Positions 49,930 to 64,000 of a stretch of DNA of 64,000 nucleotides are shown piece by piece. The stretch's first letter is position 1. The number at the start of each line of letters is the position of its first letter. The stretch lies in NCBI GenBank assembly GCA_030704615.1, contig CM060732.1, positions 13,392,001-13,456,000 on the forward strand, in the 5' to 3' direction. This DNA comes from Takakia lepidozioides. Lineage: Eukaryota; Plantae; Bryophyta. Below the pieces are notes generated by a model, which made no database searches, was not told the origin of the DNA, and saw only the letters and a program-made list of their open reading frames with translations. The translations under genes and the position numbers were made by a program.

Positions 49930-52900
49930 GATGTGCAATAAATAAATGTTTAGAAGGCCACTGTCCCCTGTTCTGTAAAATAAAAATTAAATAATAAATA
50001 AATAGATAAATAAATGTGAAACTTAGAATAAAGACATTTTATGTTTTCACCTCAATATTAAATGCAAGGAACAAAAGTGAAAAGATATGTGGAATTGGAG
50101 GGATAAATCTGAAGAGAACTGAATATAATGGAGTTCAATGTAACAAAATTGAAGGAACTGAATATAATGGAAGTCATTCTGATAAAAGAAAAAAAAAACT
50201 GAGAGAAAATGAATATAATTTAGCTGAAAGGATAAATCCGAAGGGAGCTCAATATAATGGTTGATGGGAACTGAATATGATAAAAAAAATAAAAAAATAA
50301 AAAAACTAAAGGGATAAATCTGAAAGGAATTGAAAGCACTCACCAAGTTATGAATGAATAGGTAACAATGGGTCAGCCTCCATGGCACTCATGGTAGAGG
50401 TTATTTTTTCCTCTTGTACTTCTCGAACCTTCGGTTCTGCCTTTTCAACTTGAATAAAATAACCAGGGCCCTCGGTCCCTGTTATAAGAAAAAAAAAACA
50501 AAAAAACCACTAGGGTGGGCCCTATCCATTAGAGGGTGGACCAAGAATTAAAAAGTGAGGATTATAGTAAGCTACACAAAGGAGTTGAATTAATAACTGT
50601 CATCTACCGTGCTTAACCTTATCTGGGAATGTAGTCGATAGATGGGCCTGGCAGAGACGGAATCTTACTGAGAGGACACCACAAACTCAGACCTCCAAAC
50701 ACTTTCATCCAACCCCTCAAGCACACCGTTACACCCAACATACACTCGCATAAGAAGTCACCACCCTCACTGCCAGTGAGGTTTAAATAGCCAGATCACC
50801 GCGTCCCATCCTAATCTAATCCTAAACTACCTGTTAGAATAAGACAGCCGCTAATAAAGCCATCGGGCTGTTGCCAGCTCATCCTCATGCGCAAGGTGTA
50901 AGTTCATCCAGACTTCATCTTGGCTTTGTCCATCCCTTAAATCATCCAAAGTGCATCCCTCCTCCATTCATCCATGTCGAAAAATAAGGTGAGAAGGAAT
51001 CCCAGCTCCACAATGTAAGGGTGTGAAAAAAAAAAAAGGGGTAAAAAGGTGACACCTATTAAATGGGGATGGTTCAGGAGCCAAATTGGGTAAGCAAGTG
51101 TCACGTGGTGGTTTCTAAGGGTGACTTGTGTCCCAGAGGGTCCTACCGCCTGAGGGGCCGCCTTCTAGAAGGGTCCCACCACTTGAGGAGTCAGCGGCCT
51201 AGCCGGGCTCTCTCCCCCTACTTATTACTAAGTTACTACGTACTTATTAAGTTAGTACCCCAGGTAAAATGCAATCACATAGGATTTTTGTGGCAACATT
51301 TGATCCGCCATTAGCCTATCCGGATGTCTCTTTTTTTCCTTCTTTTTTCTGAGATTGGTATGACAAGGGGCTTTCAGACTCGTACTAGCTCTAGAGCTCA
51401 TTTCTCTCTACAGCCACATCAGCTAGGATTGTGGACGTACCGTATGTGAGGACAAATTGGACTGTCAGGATCGCGTTGGGGGAAACAAGTAAGTGCCTCT
51501 TGACACTTGAAGGCCTCCGCCTGCCCGAAACAAATCAGTCGGAGGCTTCATATCCACTGATGTAACGCCCAGTTGTATTAAAATATCCGTTGGTGAGATA
51601 GCATCATCGGGATCTCCTCTGCATCGGGCCATCCCAAAATGATCCCAGGAGAGTTTCAGTGATTTGATTGGATACTGTAACGCTAGATTCATGGAATGGC
51701 TCAAAAAGCACTTCCCACATCTGGGGTGCCAATTTGGAACGCCACTTCAGATTGAAACTCCGCCCCATTTTAGTAGTGATATAAAGCAGCTTTGAACTGT
51801 TCCGTCCAATGGGGGCCTTGCACCGCATATCTAGCAAGAACAATCGGGCTAGTGTAAAGAGTGCTCGGCGGCACTCACACACGTATTGTTCATCTATAAA
51901 CTCCAAACGCCAGCGCAAGGCATACGGCCATGCTGGGGAAGCCTAAGATTGATTGACAGCTGGATCAGAGCACAAGGGAAATGCTTGGCAAAACTGTCGA
52001 TTGGATAAACATTCCCTCATGCGTAAAAGCCACGTGTCCGGCCGATGCCTGATATGATGGGTCGACCTGACGGCTCCCACCTGGACGTCATTAAATCCGG
52101 TGATCCCGGCATGACCTAGTTCATAACAGAGGATGGGTTTGGCTTGTGGATGCCAGGCCCTGATTGGAAACCATTGCAAACGACATGCTTGCTTTCGTAT
52201 AATTTATGTTCCTCTTTACGGCCACAGCAGCTACAATGGCCCACGCCATGTGAAGCTGCTGCTCACACAAACACACACGTAAATAAGTTCAGGCAGCGGC
52301 ACGGTTAAGGGTAGAGACCACGTGATAGGGACTTAGCAAGCATTGCACAGACTGTCTTTGCGACCCCTCAATCTTGGTGCTTTGGATAGACGTGCGCGGT
52401 TGTGTCCTGGCTATCTGTCGTGAACTGGTCCGGAGAATAGAGCAGCAAATCAGTTCCTAGCAAACAGGGGATATATGACGAGCAGCAGGGATGGGATAGG
52501 GGAAAGAAAACGGACAAATAGACAGGCCATGGGGGGAAAGGAAATGAAACCAATATACTGAGGAATTTTCCGTTGTCGAAATGTGCCAGCATTGCAAGCT
52601 TGTGCCAAGTTTGCAGCAGGTTGAAAGCTGAAGGTTTGTACTAAGGATCGGGCTGGTCGTGACCTTTGACTCACGGACCAAAAATGTGTCCGTGCTCAAG
52701 GGCGTTTCCTCGACTGTACACTTCTAGCGCCTTGCTTGACAGAATGGTCCAGCGAACGAAGAATTCTCCTAGTTGTGTCTTTGATTCGAAAGACAGCGAA
52801 CAATTCTAGCGCCTGGAAAGTCCATAGACGGTCCTTCATGAATTCTTCCGGCACTGACGAGTTTTGTACGTGGAAGGAGTGCAAGCTCTTTAAGTCACCA

Positions 52901-55280
52901 GTGATAGTGGATTCATCACCATGTACAGCGTGTAGACATTTTTACAAGCTTAGCAGCAAAAGCTTCATAGAAGCTGAAGTTGAAGCTGCTTCCAATAGCG
53001 GTCAGCCGCAAATTCGGTACTGTACACTGTCACTTTCGGAAGACCTCAGCAGAAAGATAATTTTAAAATTCACGTGCATTTTCGCATGTCACTGATTCAG
53101 AGGTACAGGGATCTTCAAATCACGTGGCTCAGACTGATTGATTCGGCTCGAGAAAAATTGCTAGGATCGCACAATAAGCCAGAAAAGAAACCGACATTCT
53201 ACAAAATTTGTGTGGAAACCAAAACTCTGGCGGGGTCGTGTAAGAGTAAGAAGTCTATCCGGTGTGACACCATGGGAACTACAGGTCCTTCTTTGGCGCT
53301 CAGTCATAACCGAACTCTAAGCTTACGAGGAGCGAACTAAGGAACCAAATAACGAGGGGCTCCTTCAACGACGAGGTGAGGTCTGCCAGAATATTTCTAA
53401 GATGATTCGCAATCTGTTTGAATTTGGCGGGATATCAAGAAGAAGATGAAGATGTCTAATATAAAACTTCGGTGGCATGGAGGAGGATGTCTTTTCTTTT
53501 CCCCCTCAAGAAAAGTCTGCGTGCGATGAGCAGCACATACACATCTTACCGCTATGGCTTCAACCACTCCCGCCAGACAAAACTGCAACCAGCAGAGACG
53601 CGACACGAAAGGATGCAGCCGTCTATCCAAAACGCCGGCTCCTCTCCACTTTTCGCAAAATAACCAACTGTAGAGATCCAGCGGAGAAAGTACCGTCTTC
53701 CACCTGCATGCCCTTTTTGAGACATTTTGGACACATGCGACAGTCGACATGACAGCATTGGATATCCGCCTCACGTCAGGTTGCTTTTCTTTGCTACAAA
53801 AGCAGGTTTCAGCTTTCGGTGAACTTCCTCGTGCACCTCCCCCTCCTTCCCCCCCTTCTCTCTCGCGTCTCCTCCACAGTTTTTCGACCTTAATTCTTCT
53901 GGGCACCCTCTCCAAAACCTTTCTCGGGGGGCTGCGTTGCGCATGTCTGCAATCATTGGTGGGCAGCCCTAAAAAACATCTGTCAAAACTTTTTCCCCCG
54001 CTGACCTAGGCTAACTACGCTTTACCCGGTCTGCCCGGCTGCCCTTGCTGCCGCGGCACCGTTGCGGTCGCGGGTTCACCCGATGAATCCGAGGGCTCGT
54101 GGCCCGCGCCCGCCGCTGTGCCCTGCCGCCCGGAGGCTTGCGGACGGTGGGCCACCCGAGCATCCTTCCGAGCGAAGCAAAGCTCAAGACTTTCCAACTG
54201 CCCCTGCCCGGATTACGAGAATTCTCCGGGCTGAGGGCTGTGGTCCAGCATCGATATTCTGCAAGTTGGGGATGTTTTACAAAGGGTTGAGACTTGAGAC
54301 AACATAATTTACGCTTCCTTGGGGAGGCGTCAAATATTATTACTACGAAGGGAATTTCTGAGCAGTGCTTTATGTAAAAGTGATAGACCCGAAAGGGTGA
54401 GTCCGGCGTTTCCGGACTAATTTCCGGAGGTTGTACTTGTTTGGGGTCGGCCAAAACACATATACCACCTGAAAAAGACACGGGCCCACGACGTAAGTCA
54501 AATCGACCACCCACATAACAATCATATGAGGCCGTCATGCCGGAGTCGAGTATATAGCCATCAAGCTGTCCCGTCCGTCAATCCAACCACGCCGCCCAGA
54601 CATGGACAACCCTGAGCGTCACAACAAACCACTTGTCGCGACCACTCGAATATATAATGCCACGACGGAGAGCAAATATCTTGGTTGCTGGGGATAATCA
54701 CGACAGTCCGCGCGCAAGACTAAGAAGGTTGCTTTTCCGCTGCGAACATGACGACTCAGCGGCCGCGCATCTGGATCACATAAAAACAGTTACCAAAAAA
54801 CTCTCCCACTCATCCTCCCCCGAATCTAGAGTGATTAGTACCATATGGAACAATCCCACACTTTAATGGGTGGTAGGACTCCCAAGCTTAACTAACCTAA
54901 CCTGACAGCACCAGTTCTTTATTAGCCCATAGGATATGAAGTGGGTACATAATGTAGTGCCCCACCCCCCTGGATGAAAAGCATGTACTACCATGTGAAG
55001 AAAATAATCAGAAAGTATCCAACATATTTCCAATTTAAGCAACTTACTTAACTTAGATAAATCAATTAATGGACATCCCATGCCCATGCTGAGTTTACCA
55101 TTCCTCATCTCATTACCTACAACAAACAACCCGCACCGACACTAAATAGTAATTTCTCAGACTTCCCGGTTGCGGGTAGGGACATAGCGACATAGCGACA
55201 TAACCATATGCAGTATCCCAAGACTACGTCAATAAAATACCCCTGGAAGAGATAACTTTGCATCTAAACAATGGGTCCCC

Positions 55281-55502
55281 CTCCTTCCGCAGCCTGTTAA
55301 ATTCCGCTTCGATGTCCGGAGTACATCTCTTGAATAATTCCCGGAGACTTTTCACTCCTTCGACAGCCCATAAAATTCCGTTTCGATGTCCGGAATACAT
55401 CTCTTGAATAATTCCCGGAGACTTTTCACTCCTTCCGCAGCCCATAAAATTCCGTTTCGATGTCCGGAATACATCTCTTGAATAATTCCCGGAGACTTTT
55501 CA
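55281..55502. repeat. 74-bp tandem repeat x3 upstream of the MATE gene
   Basis: Units start at 55281, 55355 and 55429; each contains aaattccg.ttcgatgtccgga.tacatctcttgaataattcccggagacttttca. Confidence 0.95.
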
Positions 55503-56138
55503 CACAGACACAGTTGTTTTTCTTTTCCTTTTCCCCTTCTTTTTCTTTTGAAAAACATAGAAGAAGGAGAAGAATGGACACAAAAGGCAGGGTGTGAGGG
55601 GATGAGAGTCCCGGAGCAGAGGCAGGGCGAGGGAGGGTGATGGCTGCCTCGCTGCAATAAAGCAGCGGGGCTACCACCTATTCCCTACCACAAAATATCT
55701 CGCTCTTCATAGCTGCTCTCAAGGCGCACAGCCCGAGCTCGCATACATTTCTAGCGGTGCTAAGCAGGGCTTTTCACCTGCCGCAGCTTCGGGGATGCTC
55801 TGCGTCTTTGCTTCTGCTCCCGCATTGTGGATGCAGCTGCAAGCACTGGAATTCTTTGTCTTCATTGTAAGCTCTCAATGTGGACTCTTGGGTTGCTGTA
55901 GTTTGCCCATTATGTAGCCCCTGTTGCTTCGTTGCATCACTGGTACCAGTGGAAATCTCTCTCTCTCTCTCTCTCGTTCCTGTGCTACCTTTGTTGTGGG
56001 GTGCAGGGTGTAGCTGATGGTAGATTGGGGGTGGGCGGTGAGTCCTCCCTCGCAAGGCTGATATCGCCATTGAGACGGATTTGGGCAGATTCAGGGGTGT
56101 GGAGTAGTAGCTTACAGGCACCGTAGCGAGGGGTCTGC

Positions 56139-58422
56139 ATGGGGAATCCTTTGGAGCTGCAGGCAGACCCTGTCTCAGCCTCGGATGATGAATCCGACAT
56201 GGCTTCATTCGACGTAGACTGCCGGAACGATCCTCTCCTGCAATGTCCTTCCTTCATCCAGGTTTGTTGCTTCACTTTTCAATTGTAAGCCAGTCTGTTT
56301 AATTGGGCTTCCCTTTCAATGAGGATGTAAGGTCTTTACCGTTCATAATTGAGTCTGCATCCATCACTCTCTCGACTGAATTGGTGAGCTTGGTTGGGTC
56401 CATTCGCGTGTCTGCCAGCTACCACTCTTTATCCAGATAGGAAGAGGATAGTCTTACGGATAGTCTATCCCAATATAACAGATAGTGGAATGATAGTACA
56501 AAAGTCGTTCTAAGAAGAGCTCGTTTGTTTGTCAGGAAATGTGAACTGCATTTTGTTGACTTCTAGGACAACTCTTTGAAGAAAGAGGTCTTATTGTCTC
56601 GCTTTCCGTTAAAATTGTTCGTCCTCGATGGTAGGAGGAAACTTAATGATACTATCGCTCCATATTTTCTTCTACAGTCATGAGTTTGCAAGGGCAGATT
56701 AAGCTAAAATTCTGCAGATAAATGGTTTCTGTGAGGTTGGCCTGGATCACTGTATGTAAACTTGCCATTCCCCTCTCCTTCTTGTGCATCACAAAGGAAT
56801 GGTGTTGAACAGCGGTCCATCTCATATTCAACCTGATGGAGTTGTGAATGCAGTTGCTGGAGGAATTCACCCAGCTGATGCAGATTGGACTGCCAGTGGT
56901 TGGAGTGAATTGTGTGGTCTATGTGAGGGCAATGATATCGGTTCTGTGCCTGGGGCGCTTAGGGGGCTTGCAGCTCGCAGGTGGTGCCGTCTCTGTGAGC
57001 TTCACCAATATAACAGGTTACTCTGTATTGTTTGGCTTAGCATCAGGCATGGACCCAGTGTGTGGCCAGGCGTTTGGATCAAAGAACTGGCCTATGATAG
57101 GGCTCACTTTGCAACGAACAATTCTCATTCTGTTGACAGCCTGTCTACCCATCGCCCTTCTTTGGGTAAATCTAGAGAGGATATTGCTAGGGCTTGGGCA
57201 GGATCCTGAGATTACAGCGGTTGCCAGCGTTTACTGCTTGTATTCTCTCCCGGACTTACTTGCCAACAGTCTGCTACAGCCATTTCGAGTATATTTACGA
57301 TCCCAGGGGATGACAACTCCCATGATGTGGTGTTCAGCTGTGGCCGTGCTCCTCCATGTGCCCCTTAATATTGTTCTCGTCTTTGTGTTGGAGCTTGGGG
57401 TTCCAGGGGTAGCTATTGCTGCGGTATGGACGAATTTCAACATGTTATTTTTTATCTTAGGGTACTTGTGGTTCTCAGGCGTCTACAAGCGCACATGGGT
57501 GAGCTGGTCGAGAGCATGTCTCCGAGAATGGTGGCCTCTTTTAAGCCTTGCAGTTCCAAGCTGCCTGGCAATTTGCCTTGAGTGGTGGTGGTACGAAATC
57601 ATTACACTGCTTGCAGGATATTTGCCGGATCCAAAAGTAGCTGTTGCGGCTACTGCAATTTTGATCCAAACAACCGCCCTTATGTACACATTTCCACTTG
57701 CACTGAGTTCTTCAGTGTCAACTCGCGTCGGGAATGAACTAGGCGCCAACAGGCCCGCAAGGGCAAGAATTGCGAGCTTTGTGGCCTTGGGATGCGCCCT
57801 CATGATTGCAATCATGAGCGTGATCTGGACCACAGGATTACGCAACACATGGGGTCACCTCTTCACCAAGGATTCTAAAGTGTTGGCCCTGACGGCAGCA
57901 GCAATGCCCCTCATTGGTCTGTGTGAGCTAGGCAACTGTCCTCAAACCACAGGCTGTGGTGTTCTGAGGGGGAGCGCAAGGCCTGCGATTGGTGCTCGCA
58001 TTAACTGTGTTTCTTTCTATTTTGTAGGAACACCGGTTGCTGTGGTACTAGCATTCTGGTTGAATGTTGGATTTGAGGGCCTCTGGTATGGGCTTCTGGC
58101 TGCGCAGATAGCTTGCGCATCTTCAATTTTGTTCGTGGTTCTGCACACCGACTGGGCATGTGAAGCCGTAAGGGCAAGGCAGCTGACAGGATTGGATTTT
58201 GACGACAAAACTGAGCTTTGTAAGGCGAGCCACAAAGTGGTGCCAATTTTGGATGACGAACATGACGATCTATGCCTTGGCACAAAGCAATCAGCGGATT
58301 CTGCACTTGGTGGTGACATTGAGCTCTGTAAATCACGGGAGACTGCGTTCACAATCATGGATGAGGAGTCAGGGCTGCTCCTTGATGAGAAGAAGTTACT
58401 TCAAGAGACAGATTGTATATAG
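56139..58422 (+). CDS. MATE/DTX efflux transporter resembling the intron-poor DTX48-56 group; ~563 aa
   Basis: Long ORF 56848-58422 with FTNITGYSVL.GLASGMDPVCGQAFG, CLEWWWYEI, SVSTRVGNELGANRP and ELGNCPQTTGCGVLRGSARP. A probable first exon 56139-56261 (CAG|GT) splices in phase 0 to 56854. Confidence 0.92.
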
Positions 58423-60058
58423 CACCCCGCCCCCTCCCCTTCCAGTCCCTCTTTCACTCCCCATAGGTTTTTTTGAAAAATATGGGTTTTTGCCTGAATT
58501 CCAGGTAACTCACGTCCCAAAGGTACCATATTGAAAATTGCATCAAAAATTTCTTTTTCTATGTTAGCGAAAGCTACATTGATGGAATTTTCAATGAGTG
58601 CAACAAGACCAAGAGTAAAGAGGCATTGTAACCTCTCATTTCTCACTTTCACTTTCTCTTTGTCACTTCCTCTGTAGCTGAGAGAAGTTCAGGTTTGATG
58701 TGGAAGAACCATGGCAGATCCCTGCCATGTCTCTGTGTTTTAAGTTCATAGTAGTATTACTGTTCCAGCAGCAGTTTTGTACAGTTAAAACTTCCAATGC
58801 ATGTCAATTCTATGAATTGTTAGACCACAAGCCTTCTTAAAGTGCTGAAACACGGCCTTCCAAAAACTCTGTAGTTTAGGGGAAACTAATATTTTTAGGG
58901 ACTGTGAGTCCCAATGGGAGGCATAACCAGACACTGCACCACAGCGGGTCCTCCAAATAAGGCTGTGTGGAGTGTGGATTTGCACACAGAAGCGCCTGCT
59001 GTGCGCTCATTGTGCCCTTAGCACTAGACTGTTTAGGGATGAACTCAGCTTGTAAATAGGAGCAATTTGACACATTGGGCAGGGAGCATAGGCCAGCCTT
59101 TCATTGGACAATCTATGGCCTAATTCAACCCTGCTTTTTTGGTAACACGGTTGTGTGTGATTGTGACATGGTTCTTTCCCATCAGAGAAAGGGCCTAAGC
59201 ATTGTTTCTTCAGTTAGCACTCTCATCCACATTATCCGTACTGCTGCAAAGCTTAGATTGTAATATAGCCTAACCTTACCCAGTTTGACTTGTACGAGTG
59301 CTTGCAGCAGCACGTTCTCTACTGGATATCTGGATATCTGGATGATGCAGGCCCTTCTCATGCTCCTCTCTCTCATCTTTCAAGCGGCCATTTGCATCAC
59401 AATAGAGCAACAGAGCTGAAATCTTCCTGCAGATCCACCATCTTGCAGCCTTGGATTCCGTTGACAGTCCAAGGAAAAATCTGTGTTGAAGCAAAACCTC
59501 GCAGCATTTAGGGTCAAGAACCATGCACATGTGGTTCCACATGCACCATCCGCACAACTCTATCCACTCTACAACATCGGGAGGGGATGAGGATGCACCA
59601 CTTTACATTGGCTCAAAAGTTCCTGCCATAGGTTCAATTCTATTTAGTCCTCAGATGAAAAAATACCCTGCAGTCCCATCTAGTTACCAGTTGTGTAACC
59701 CATTAGCTTCCCATTCGCTTTCAGTGTCATTTTTATTCAATCCTTCTCAAATGGAAAGACCTCCCGCATTCATGTACACAGGTCTCCCGATCAAGGTAAT
59801 TGTTGTAGCTACCCAGACTTTGCCAATGAGTGACAGGGGACTTCCACTGCTGCTGCAAGCATACTATGCATACAAGGTCTTCACCCAAGAATGTGACCCT
59901 TCCTGGCACCCTTTGCCATCCACATCATCCAAGGACCATGACATCTACAAAATTCTGACCGTCAGTAACCCAGTTGACTCTTTATTATCCCCAAGCTGGA
60001 ATGAATGTAGTATCGCCTCTCCTTTCAACTATGCATGTATCTATTGGCAAAGCATCCA

Positions 60059-64000
<3,942 letters not shown>

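Noticed and set aside
50598-51054. Solo LTR (TGTCA...TGACA)
   Set aside because: Short inverted ends are present, but the flanks (ataac/cctat) are not duplicated.
51465-54540. Genes or LINE remnants among the many overlapping ORFs
   Set aside because: No recognisable domain or RT/endonuclease motif, and no supported splice model.

Overview
Eukaryotic, intron-rich land-plant DNA; the gene set and repeat style suggest a bryophyte-grade plant (inference). The window has two halves. (1) About 1-20.7 kb is a repeat and transposon block: degenerate telomere-like repeats, a 214-bp TG...CA mini-LTR carrying an LSU-rRNA peptidyl-transferase-like motif, a decayed Sola-like DDD transposase (minus strand) divergently paired with a decayed NLS + RING-H2 gene (plus strand), a ~1-kb higher-order tandem array built on a 120-bp monomer, an inverted and diverged copy of that monomer family, a 9-copy hairpin array, and a non-autonomous CACTA-ended element. 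(2) About 24-64 kb is gene-dense: EFFECTOR OF TRANSCRIPTION-like, ABCB29-like, a possible orphan acidic/coiled-coil gene, a class III peroxidase, BASS4-like, a tRNA-derived SINE, a MATE/DTX transporter and the 3' part of FtsHi1. Hand-splicing shows that three neighbouring genes (ABCB29, peroxidase, BASS4) carry lesions, while ET, MATE and the visible part of FtsHi1 are intact. This selective decay and the transposase/RING/array block are the main leads. All homology calls come from motif recognition and memory of the families; no database search was run.
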